From positions 96,001 through 160,000 of IMG/VR virus record IMGVR_UViG_3300045988_167732: 64,000 nucleotides of DNA; one strand, 5' to 3'. Below the pieces are notes generated by a model. The model was not told the origin of the DNA, searched no databases, and saw only the letters and a list, made by a program, of their open reading frames with translations. Below are positions 38,596-48,057 of this stretch, piece after piece (the stretch's first letter is position 1; each line of letters begins with the position of its first letter). Source of the stretch: a virus. A program made the translations under genes and the position numbers.

Positions 38596-38857
38596 TTGAC
38601 AAATACAACTTTATATGTTATACTTGTTATTGTAGTAAGAAAGATGCCTATACACCTTTCTTACTGGTGATGTGTATAAATTATTAACTTATACGTTGTG
38701 GTGCTTTATTACTAAAACAACAAGTACGCAAAGAAAATAATTTACTTCGATAATGGTCTTCATTATTTTACCTCCTGAAGATTGATAGAAGTACTTATCA
38801 ATATAGGTTAATAAGCACTACAAAATAAAGAGACACTTGTTCGGAAGTGTCTCTTTA
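38596..38857. promoter_or_regulatory. Leader/antisense element copy 8
   Basis: + promoter TTGACA 38596-38601, TATACT 38619-38624; stem A 38634-38665 (loop CCTATA 38647-38652); stem C 38790-38819 (loop TATAGG 38802-38807); hairpin D 38826-38857. Confidence 0.8.
38689..38763 (-). CDS. micro-ORF MKTIIEVNYFLCVLVVLVIKHHNV
   Basis: SD AGGAGG 7 nt before ATG; TAA stop. Confidence 0.6.
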   Translation of the reverse strand: MKTIIEVNYFLCVLVVLVIKHHNV

Positions 38858-38925
38858 CTTTTGTTTGGAGAAAGGCTATTTGTTTATACTCGTTAACCTT
38901 CCAGAACGAGTTAGATTGAGATTTC

Positions 38926-39129
38926 TTAATCGAAGGAATACTCATATTCCTGACCGTAGAAATTTAATGTGTAGCCGCTCTCGTTTGATTCAACGAGAAC
39001 TGCGTTTTCAATAGTCTCGTTAATTGTTTTTTCAACCAGATGGTTGCAAAATCTTACGCAACCAAGACCAATAATGACGATGATGATGAGAGAAATGATA
39101 AACTTTTCTTCCTTGCTGATGTGTTTCAT
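38926..39129 (-). CDS. small single-TM protein (67 aa)
   Basis: FIISLIIIVIIGLGCVRF. Confidence 0.75.
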   Translation of the reverse strand: MKHISKEEKFIISLIIIVIIGLGCVRFCNHLVEKTINETIENAVLVESNESGYTLNFYGQEYEYSFD

Positions 39130-39389
39130 TTTCTTTGACTCCTTTTAATTTGTTTTTGTGTAAGGTCGAATTTACATTTCTTACTTACACTTTTTTGTTT
39201 TTATTTATATTATGACTATAACTTTTAGGTAGACAAAAAATTTTAAAAATAAAAAAATTTTTAAAAAATAAAAAATTTTTTAATTCTAAAAATGTAAATT
39301 AAAAAAAGGATAGAAGCCATCACAGCCTCTATCCTTAAATTATATAATCATTTAATTACACCAATAATTACACTAACAATCAAATTCAC

Positions 39390-39785
39390 TCACACATGAC
39401 CGTCACTAATAACATTTAACAATTCACGCCAGAATTCCCAATCCCAAGTCTTACTACCGATACTTCCATCCAAAGGGACACCAATTCTATTCATATTCTC
39501 ATATTCCTGTCTAACCTTCAAAAGTTTCTCGTTAATAATTTTAGAAACTTTCTGACTCCAAACAAATTTCTTATAATGAGCACCTTTATTCTTATAAGAC
39601 ATCTTAGTATATCTCATAGAAGGAAATCCATGCATTCTCTTCCAACTATTATTAATAAACAGCAAAGCTTCATCATCAGAAATCTTTTCATCCTTGTATG
39701 CAAGATATAATACTAAGCTAAAAGGTTTCTCATCAATCTTAGGTTCTATCTTAGCCTTAAGATAATTATCAATCTTTCTATTCAT
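39390..39785 (-). CDS. hypothetical protein (131 aa)
   Basis: ORF. Confidence 0.75.
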   Translation of the reverse strand: MNRKIDNYLKAKIEPKIDEKPFSLVLYLAYKDEKISDDEALLFINNSWKRMHGFPSMRYTKMSYKNKGAHYKKFVWSQKVSKIINEKLLKVRQEYENMNRIGVPLDGSIGSKTWDWEFWRELLNVISDGHV

Positions 39786-39971
39786 AATTCAACCTCATTC
39801 AACGACAATTTACAATTATAAACAATTTATCTATAATTTCTTTCCAAATTCAATTCTTTATATTACCTGTCAAATTTACCCATATCAATCATTTAAATTA
39901 AAAATAGAAAAATAAATATAAATAAATTATTTATAATTCAATCCAAATTACTCTTCGCAGCGTTAATATTA

Positions 39972-40811
39972 TTAACAGTCAGTTTTGTCTCTATCAGTAA
40001 TAATAACAGGACAATTAACCCAATCCATAGTGCCATCACCATTATCTCTACAGTATTTGACATTTACGTTCTTAGCATCATTATTATTTCCAACATTTTT
40101 TGTGCTATCAACATTTTTAGCTCTACTAGTACTACTATCAATTTTATTAGAAATATCATTCATACCAAGATTATTCTTTTCTTTCCCGCTCAAAATCCAA
40201 CTATTCTTACTCCACTGATTCTTAATCCAATGACCTTCACTAATAACATCCTGAGCAAACTTAAAACTACGAATCATGCACAAATGTTCAGTAATTCTTG
40301 TAGAAAGACATTTGCAATTAAAACGAAAATCGTATTCCAAAATTAAATCTTCAATACAGTGTAAATTGGCAAAATCATATTCTCTATTTTCAAAAGAAGC
40401 GATAATTTTGTTAGCTTTAATCTTATAATCTTCGTAATCTTTCCAGAAAAATTGAAAATTTTCATCAATATCATTCCAAGTTATATAACTATCATTTTCG
40501 ACACCAAGAATTTTCTTGCCGTCAAAAACAACTACATCATTTTCATGGTCTTTTTTATAACAATCCCATCCAATTCGAATTTCACGAACAGCTTCCAGTT
40601 TATCACCTGTATATTTTTCATTCAAATAACCAGCATCTTGAATATGTTTATCATTTTTAAGATAAACTTTTGCTTGATGAATGATATAATCAAAATCAAC
40701 ACAGAGATTATATCCAATTTCCAAAGTTCTACAAATATCTTCCTGAATAGAAATTAATTTATCAAGTTTTTGACATTGCTTAATAGCATAGCGCTTCTTA
40801 ATAATGTTCAT
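39972..40811 (-). CDS. hypothetical protein (279 aa)
   Basis: ORF. Confidence 0.75.
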   Translation of the reverse strand: MNIIKKRYAIKQCQKLDKLISIQEDICRTLEIGYNLCVDFDYIIHQAKVYLKNDKHIQDAGYLNEKYTGDKLEAVREIRIGWDCYKKDHENDVVVFDGKKILGVENDSYITWNDIDENFQFFWKDYEDYKIKANKIIASFENREYDFANLHCIEDLILEYDFRFNCKCLSTRITEHLCMIRSFKFAQDVISEGHWIKNQWSKNSWILSGKEKNNLGMNDISNKIDSSTSRAKNVDSTKNVGNNNDAKNVNVKYCRDNGDGTMDWVNCPVIITDRDKTDC

Positions 40812-40813
40812 TG

Positions 40814-41629
40814 TTACATACCTTCTTCATCACAATCACAACTATTATCACTGCATTCACTATTCTGATACAACTTAAAACTATCAAAGATGTGGTAAAT
40901 TCTGGCATAATCTCCACCATAGGTATTATCCAAGTTAAGATTCTTCAACATTTTTTCAAGCGTATCACAAGTAGCATCAATTAATCTAAGCATGGTTAAA
41001 GTACAGTTACCATGAATTTCTTCTACAAAAATATCAGTATAATAAACCTTCTTACCTACTTCTCTGTCATAGTTTCCCCAAATATTAACTGAAATAGTTA
41101 CACTTTCGTTACTATTCATAAGATTACTTTTAAAATTAATAACAATTGTTGCTTCACGATTAGTTTCGCTTTTAGAAGTAAATTTGATATCACAGTAATT
41201 TAAAATCAAATGTAATTCTTTTACCCAACAATATTCATATAACATGTTAAGATTAGGATACTGCTTTTTCATTTGTTCACAAGTCATTTCATGAAAAGGA
41301 ATAAGTTTTTCTTTATTTTCTTCAATCATATTTTTAGTCTCACTTTCGATTTTTTTAGATTTCCAATCAAGCTCCCCACAAGAAACCCAATTTTCATATT
41401 GCCAATCAATATCACTTACCCAAATAAATTTATAATATTTTCCATTATCATCATTTTTAACAACAGCAATATCGCCATTCTCTAATTCATTAGTAGGAAT
41501 ATTATCTAATTGTTTTACATCATGCAATCCATAATAATATTTAATTTTTTTGCCAAAATTGCTTTTTTCAGACATAACTAAATAAGGTTTACCATTAGCT
41601 TCGTATTTAGTCTTATTTTCGTTTTTCAT
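40814..41629 (-). CDS. hypothetical protein (271 aa)
   Basis: ORF. Confidence 0.75.
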   Translation of the reverse strand: MKNENKTKYEANGKPYLVMSEKSNFGKKIKYYYGLHDVKQLDNIPTNELENGDIAVVKNDDNGKYYKFIWVSDIDWQYENWVSCGELDWKSKKIESETKNMIEENKEKLIPFHEMTCEQMKKQYPNLNMLYEYCWVKELHLILNYCDIKFTSKSETNREATIVINFKSNLMNSNESVTISVNIWGNYDREVGKKVYYTDIFVEEIHGNCTLTMLRLIDATCDTLEKMLKNLNLDNTYGGDYARIYHIFDSFKLYQNSECSDNSCDCDEEGM

Positions 41630-42192
41630 TGAAATAAATCCTCTTTATAGATAAAATTATTATAGACTTCTTTTGTCAAATCAACTTTTGTCCCGTTATT
41701 ATCAATAACATAATCATAAGCAATTCCTGACTTACTTACACCATCATCAGCATGATTACCATATTTACTATTTTCATTTAAAACTTTTCTATTGACTTTA
41801 ATTGTTTTACAATAAATTCCTTTTTTACAACAATATTCTTTAATCCATGTAATATCTTTATCTTCTCTTGCATGTAAAAATAAAATTTTTCTATCAAAAG
41901 TGGTATAATTGTATACTTTTTCAATGTTTTCTTTAAGATATTTATAAGTTACATTATCCCAATAATCAAGCATATCTTTTAATTCACAAAGGAATCGTCT
42001 GTCCATAGGTCGTTTAGACTTCTCATCCCAGCCCATTAAAGAAGCCCACTTTTTAGCGGGAGCAGAAGTGTAATATTTATGGACAAGACAATGAGGGTCA
42101 AAATTGTCCATAGCAGTCCAAACCAAATCACAAAAAGTATCTTTACCAGACCCACCTGAACCATTTATAATAAAGACTTTAAAATAAGACAT
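41626..42192 (-). CDS. P-loop nucleotide (dNMP)-kinase-like protein
   Basis: Internal start MSYFKVFIINGSGGSGKDTFCDLVW; the upstream part of the listed ORF overlaps the next gene. Confidence 0.65.
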   Translation of the reverse strand: MSYFKVFIINGSGGSGKDTFCDLVWTAMDNFDPHCLVHKYYTSAPAKKWASLMGWDEKSKRPMDRRFLCELKDMLDYWDNVTYKYLKENIEKVYNYTTFDRKILFLHAREDKDITWIKEYCCKKGIYCKTIKVNRKVLNENSKYGNHADDGVSKSGIAYDYVIDNNGTKVDLTKEVYNNFIYKEDLFQ

Positions 42193-42319
42193 AATTTTCT
42201 CCTTACAAAAATTAAAATTTTCCAACTTTTCAAACCTTGCTAAAGGTTTGTCAATCTTTGAACTTGACAAAGTTCTTCGAACTTTTGAACTACTGTGCCA
42301 CTGGTGGGACATCCTCATC

Positions 42320-43048
42320 TCATCTGGAATGATGTCTCTTAGATGACTTCTTGTTAGAAGTCTTATTATTATCTGAAGAAGAATTAGAAGAAGTATTAGG
42401 AAGATTATTAGTATCATTATCTTTCTTAATAACTTCTCTCTTACCATCAAGTCCAACAATAATAACATTTTCATTTTTAGTATTAAGAATAACAAAAGGT
42501 CTTTGGACACCGCAACAATTCTTTTCAGCAGCTTCAAGAGCAGTAAGAATATGTTGTTCAGGAGTAAAATCTTGCATATATTTAGTAGTAGCATAAAGAC
42601 TTCCTTTAGCAGTTACCTCACCACAACCGACAGCAGAGTAACCAGCTAAAGGTTCAAGAACAGAATAATCATTCTGAATTTCATAAAGTTTTCCATCAAC
42701 ACCTACTAAAAAATTACCACCTTTATCTCCACTATCTTTAATACCATTTTCAAAAAGAGTGACAATATTAGGAACAAAAGTAGTAACCATATATTCATGA
42801 TTTACTTTAGTTTCTCCAGAAGGAATTTTATATTTATCAATCTCAGGAAATAAAGTTTTACTATATTTAAGCAAATCAATATGTCTAAAAGTAGAAGTAC
42901 TACCCATAACAACATTTTTCAAAGTAGTATTTCTAAATACTTTAGGATTAGATTCGACATCCTGAGTATAGCCATTACTACCAAGACTGTCTGCACCAAT
43001 CCAAGTGACATTATTTTTCTTATCCGTAAAACCAACGATGCAAGTCAT
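42320..43048 (-). CDS. proteasome-beta/HslV-like Ntn hydrolase (242 aa)
   Basis: MTCIVGFTDKKNNVTWIGADSLGSNGY... GGNFLVGVDGKLYEIQNDYSVLEPLAGYSAVGCGEVTAKGSLYA. Confidence 0.7.
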   Translation of the reverse strand: MTCIVGFTDKKNNVTWIGADSLGSNGYTQDVESNPKVFRNTTLKNVVMGSTSTFRHIDLLKYSKTLFPEIDKYKIPSGETKVNHEYMVTTFVPNIVTLFENGIKDSGDKGGNFLVGVDGKLYEIQNDYSVLEPLAGYSAVGCGEVTAKGSLYATTKYMQDFTPEQHILTALEAAEKNCCGVQRPFVILNTKNENVIIVGLDGKREVIKKDNDTNNLPNTSSNSSSDNNKTSNKKSSKRHHSR

Positions 43049-43067
43049 AATTAATTTTTACCTCTAT

Positions 43068-43841
43068 TCAAGTATTTTTTAATTTATACAGAGTTTCTTT
43101 TTTTACAGTGTTTTTTTCAATCAATCCAAGTTCAATAAGAGCTTCTAAATATTTTCTTAAAGTAGTAGAAGACAAAGATGTTTTCTGTAATAGAAATTTT
43201 AAAGTAATAGCTTCTTTATATTTCCAACCATTAGGAAAAGTTTTATTTAATGCTTGTCTTCTATCAATAAGCATTTTAATTAAAAGATAAGTATTAAGTA
43301 AACTATCTACTTTAAGTTTAGATTTTGTTGTTTTATCTTTTAAACAATATTTCATAATTATTAAATAATCTTTAATACTCAAAGTAGTAAAATTATTAAC
43401 AATGATTTCATCATAAAGTTCAATAGATAACATATATTGAGGAAATCTTTGATATTGTGCTAAAAGTTTTTCTTTTTGTAATTCAATATCTTTTTCACAA
43501 GTATTTATATCAAATTCACAGCAATTAAAATAATCTCCATATTTAGGAATATCAATAACTGACTCAGAGATAATTTCTTTTTTTCTATTAACAATAGTAT
43601 TTGATAAAAGATATAAAGATGATAGAATTTTACTAATTTTAGAAGCTTTAGTTTTTTGATTTTCCATGCTATCATCTACATAACATTCTTCTAAAAATAA
43701 AATACTACTATTTACTTTTCCAAGCATGTTTCTATTAATAGCTAAAAATAAATATGTTAAAGAAGTATATGAATTTACTCTGTTAGAAAGTTCTATTATT
43801 CCGTTAGGAATCTTTACAAATAAAGAATCATATTTGCTCAA
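43068..43841 (-). CDS. winged-helix-like DNA-binding protein (257 aa)
   Basis: C-terminal SSTTLRKYLEALIELGLIEKNTVKKETLYKL. Confidence 0.55.
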   Translation of the reverse strand: MSKYDSLFVKIPNGIIELSNRVNSYTSLTYLFLAINRNMLGKVNSSILFLEECYVDDSMENQKTKASKISKILSSLYLLSNTIVNRKKEIISESVIDIPKYGDYFNCCEFDINTCEKDIELQKEKLLAQYQRFPQYMLSIELYDEIIVNNFTTLSIKDYLIIMKYCLKDKTTKSKLKVDSLLNTYLLIKMLIDRRQALNKTFPNGWKYKEAITLKFLLQKTSLSSTTLRKYLEALIELGLIEKNTVKKETLYKLKNT

Positions 43842-43877
43842 AAATATACTCCTACTTTCTTATTTTATTTCAAAAGA

Positions 43878-43906
43878 AGAATACCATAATTATTTTTCTT
43901 TGTCAA
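43878..43906 (-). promoter_or_regulatory. sigma70-type promoter on the minus strand
   Basis: TTGACA-17-TATTCT on the minus strand. Confidence 0.65.
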
Positions 43907-43948
43907 GTCTTTTTAATAAGTATTTCTTTATTTTTTACAAAAAGTCTT

Positions 43949-44227
43949 TTAAACATAGGAAAAATAAAGATTAAAATGCATTGAATGCCAAGCCTTGATA
44001 AAGGCGCAGGCATATTGTCTTTCTTTGTTATATATAGAGTCTATATTAGAGTACCCCATAAAGGACGGCAATTTTTCCCTTAAATTCTCTATATTCTGGA
44101 GCATTTTATAATCGTCAAGAAATGTATGAGTAATTTTAACATTTCCGTAAGATGCGTAAAATTTTGTATGAGTAGAATTGACATTTTTAATTTTGAACAT
44201 CTTTCCTGATGGAAGTATAACATACAA
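43949..44227 (-). CDS. hypothetical small protein
   Basis: N-terminal part MYVILPSGKMFKIKNVNSTHTKFYASYGNV... looks protein-like. Confidence 0.4.
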   Translation of the reverse strand: MYVILPSGKMFKIKNVNSTHTKFYASYGNVKITHTFLDDYKMLQNIENLREKLPSFMGYSNIDSIYNKERQYACAFIKAWHSMHFNLYFSYV

Positions 44228-44281
44228 AATATAGAAAAGTCAAGGGGTTTATGAACGCGATTAAAAATTTTTCATAAATAG

Positions 44282-44310
44282 TTGACAGAAATAGAAACAT
44301 GTGTTACAAT
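44282..44310 (+). promoter_or_regulatory. sigma70-type promoter, start of rightward late region
   Basis: TTGACA-17-TACAAT at the strand switch. Confidence 0.8.
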
Positions 44311-44432
44311 TCAGACATGAAAGAAAAGCGGATGAATACCAATGAGAATTGTGAATTCGTCCAATAAAAAATATAGAAAGAGAGGTACAACAATGTATAA
44401 TTCTTAAGCAAAAAAGTAATGCAAAAGCATAG

Positions 44433-45170
44433 ATGAATACATTAAAGCAACCGATGGAGATTGTAAAAAATATAGATATAGACCTTAATAAAAGGACAAT
44501 TTTTTTAGATGTAGATGATGTTTTGTTAGATAGTTCAGCGGCAGTAGTAGCTATTTTAAATTAGCGTTATGGTTTAAATAAGACTTTAGATGATTTGGTT
44601 GACTGGGGATACAAAAGTATTTATAGAAATTTAACTAAAGAACAAGTTAGTGAAATTTATGAATCAAAAGAATTTTGGTCATCAGTAAAGCCTAATGAAA
44701 TATTAATGAAAGCTTTAGAAGATTCCGAAGAAGATGAACAAGGAATTTGGCAACAATATAATTGGATATTACTTACCAAAGGCTCAAAAGAATCACTACA
44801 GAAGAAACTTGATTATTTAAATAAGATTCCATTTTTTAAACGTAATGAATCGAAATGGCGGTATTTTGGATTAGGTCATGGAGAAAAGAAAGAAGAAGTT
44901 CATATGTTAGGACGGATTCAAATTGATGATAATTATAGTTTTCTTAATAGAACTGATGCAGATTTAAAGATTCTTGTAAGGAATGGTAAAGAGACAAGAT
45001 TTAATCGACCTAAAGTTGAAACAGAAAATCTTGAAAATTTATATATTGTAGATAATATTTCACAAGTTTTTGAAATTTTAGAATTTATAACAAAATTAGA
45101 TACTGAAGATATTGACCTTGATGGTTTTGATATTATGGATATGATTACCGAGGTTAGTCAAATTATTTAA
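44433..45170 (+). CDS. HAD-like 5'-nucleotidase/phosphatase (245 aa, one TAG=Gln)
   Basis: RTIFLDVDDVLLDSSAAVVAILN(Q)RYGLNKTLDD... Confidence 0.6.
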
Positions 45171-45195
45171 AATTCCAGCGAAGGAAGGTAACTAA

Positions 45196-48057
45196 GTGCG
45201 TTTATTTTACACCGTTAAGCTTAATAGTGCATTAATCAAAGAAAACGGCTATAATTTAGACATTAGTTTTCAAGATTGTTTAAAGAGCAATCTAATTGTT
45301 TCTTTAGCAGATAGTCAAATGCTAAAGAGTATTCGTGATATAACTGGTTAGAAGATTGATAGAGTCCAGCTTGAAGAATGGTACTCTGAAAGAGATAAAT
45401 TAAAAAAGAAGAAAAATAGCAAAACAAACCGAGAAAAAGTAAAAGAATTACAAAACAAAATTTATAATATGATGTATATTCCTGAGTATATTACTGTTAC
45501 AATGGACAGTGTAAAGGAGTATGAAAAGATTTATAAAAAAGGTTTTATATTCAACGGAAAAACTTATAAAAGGCTTTCTTGCTCTGCTTCTCAAGCAAGA
45601 GTTAGTACCGTCGTTTTTTGTGACGAAAGTATAAAAATAGAATTAAAGAGAAGACTTGATAACGGAAGAGATTTAAACCATCCTTTAGCACCAAGTAAAT
45701 ATAATGCTTATTTTGGTTTATATTCGAGTGCAACGAAACAGGTAACAAAACCCCGTTTCTGTGTTGTTCCTGATTATTTGGAAAACAAGATGGTAGATGT
45801 AGATTTTATCATTGAGCAACCAGTAGACCAAGATGATATTATTGAGCCAAGAACTATGGATATAGAGTTTAATAGATTTGATGGCTCTGGTTTGATTAGT
45901 CCTCAAATGGCTGAACAATGGGGAAAAGACCTAGGAGAAGATTATACTCCTTGCCAATTCTGTATTAGATATGCATTTACTAAAGGAATGGTAAATGAAT
46001 TTGATTTTATAGAATGGTGTAAAGAAGAAAACAATGGTAATTATTTAATTAAAGATGTTTACGGGAAAATTCGAGACTTAAGAGAAGTAGATGTTATTCT
46101 TACCGAAGGACAAGTTAAATTGTGGGATAGCTGGGATTCTCAGGAAAGTTTGGAAGAGAATGGAGATAAGAACGGTATTTATTTTGGAGTAACCAAATAC
46201 ACTCCAAGGGAAGATAAAAAAGTTCTTACTATGAATTACCAATTTTTACAGACTTTGAATTTATCTGATGAGGATATTAAAACTTTATGTCAGGACACAG
46301 TAGAATATATTTCTGGCGTAAGTGGAGATAATATTTATTATACACTTTTATATTTAATGGGAGATAGCTATGATAAAGAGCGTATTTCCAAATTTATGAA
46401 TAATAGTGAAGATTACTGGTTAAAAAGTTTAATCCTTAATCAAACTTTGATTAACGATAAATATTCCAAGGAAAAAATTAGAGACTTAATTGCAAAAAGA
46501 ATTCAATTAGCTTGTTTAGGTAAAATAAATTGTGAAGGCAATTTTAGTGTAATTGTCCCTGATTCATATGGCTTAATGCAATGGATTACTGGTCAGAAAG
46601 TAACAGGTTTGCTTAAAGAACGGGAATTTTATATGAATTATTGGGCAAAAAGGGATGAAGAAAGGATTGCCTGTGCAAGAAGTCCCATGACTCATTTTAG
46701 CGAATGGTATATAGCAAAAAACAAATATAAACTTGATAAAGATTATCGTTATAATTTTTCACCAGAAGAAGTAATTGATAGAGATATGCGGATGTCTGAT
46801 GAAGAAGTTGTTAGAAAGATAAATAAATATTTTAATTATTCTTATACTGGAATGATAACTAATATTCATGGTATTTATACTATGAATTTTTCTGGTAGTG
46901 ATTTTGATATGGATATTGCTGCAAATTTAGTAAGGCCAGAAGTTATCAATGGCAAATTTCCTAATCAAAGAGTAGTTACTTATCAACCTAAAAAGCCACA
47001 CAAGAAAATATTTACAGAAGATGATTTGTTCTCTACTGATACTTTTAGCTTTGGCACAAGAATTGGTCAAATTACTAATGTTTCAACCACATTTTGCGCT
47101 TTAATTGCAAATTTTGACAATGGAACTCCTGAAAGAAATTTACTTGAAGATAGAGTTAAAATGTGCTGTCGGAGTCAAAGTCGCCAGATTGATAAAACCA
47201 AGATTGGTGAAAATGTTAAGGCTGAAGCGACTATTTGGAAACAGTATCAACATCATAGTAAAGATGAAACTTTAGAAGAAAAAGAAAAGAAAGATTTTTA
47301 TAATAGAATCTTAGCTGAGAAAAAACCTTATTTCTTTAAATATAAATATAACAAAACCAATAAGGAATTAAAAGATTTTGTTAATAAGAGTAATGAAGAT
47401 TGTCAAATTAGATTTGCTATAACATTAAATGAACTCTTAAATAAAAATGAAGAAGATTTAACTAAAGAGCAAAAAGATTTTATAAATTATTATCATTATT
47501 ATTATCCTGTTATAGATTCTCCTTGCGTAATGAATAAAATTTGTAAATATATAGAAAGTATAGATTTTCAAATTAAGAAAAAGATAAAATCAAATGGAGA
47601 TTTTGATTATAAATCTTTGCAAAGTAAAGATTTTGTTTTAAATAGAACTTTATATCAACAGATTTTAGAAATAGTTATTAACACAGTTAAAAGCTGGGAG
47701 GAAAAAAGAAAACAAATTTACTCAAATATGGTTACAAGAGTGGGTTTTCAAGAAAATCTTGATAGAGAAATTTTGTATCAGAATCTAAAGAATGAATTGG
47801 AAAATGTTTGTTCAAATTCTGAACAATTGGCTAATCATTTAGTATATTTGTTTTATGTTGACAAGCCATCATACAACAAAAATATTTTATGGGCTGTTGC
47901 TGGTAAACAAATTTACGAGAACTTGAAAGCAAAGACAACCAGTTTTTATTATCCTTTAAAGAATGATAACGGTTCTTTAAAATTTTTATACGATAATTTT
48001 TCTATAGAAAGATATTTAGTTAGTGATTTAGAAGGAGAAGAAATAATAAATGATTGA
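45196..48057 (+). CDS. RdRP-fold (QDE-1/YonO-like) single-subunit RNA polymerase (953 aa, one TAG=Gln)
   Basis: RFDGSGLISPQMAEQWGKDL..PCQFCIRYAFTKGMV and GSDFDMDIA (DbDGD-like) motifs; GTG start, TAG at 45349-45351. Confidence 0.65.

Noticed and set aside
37475-38763. Reading the element micro-ORFs as pure coincidence
   Set aside because: SD spacing, matching lengths and residue-level similarity across copies argue against chance, though translation remains unproven.
39230-39300. A/T homopolymer block as a replication origin
   Set aside because: Low complexity only, with no iterons or supporting context visible.
42193-42594. N-terminal extension of the 41626..42594 minus ORF
   Set aside because: Leu/Ile-rich shadow of the adjacent proteasome-like gene; the kinase starts at the internal MSYFKVFIING.
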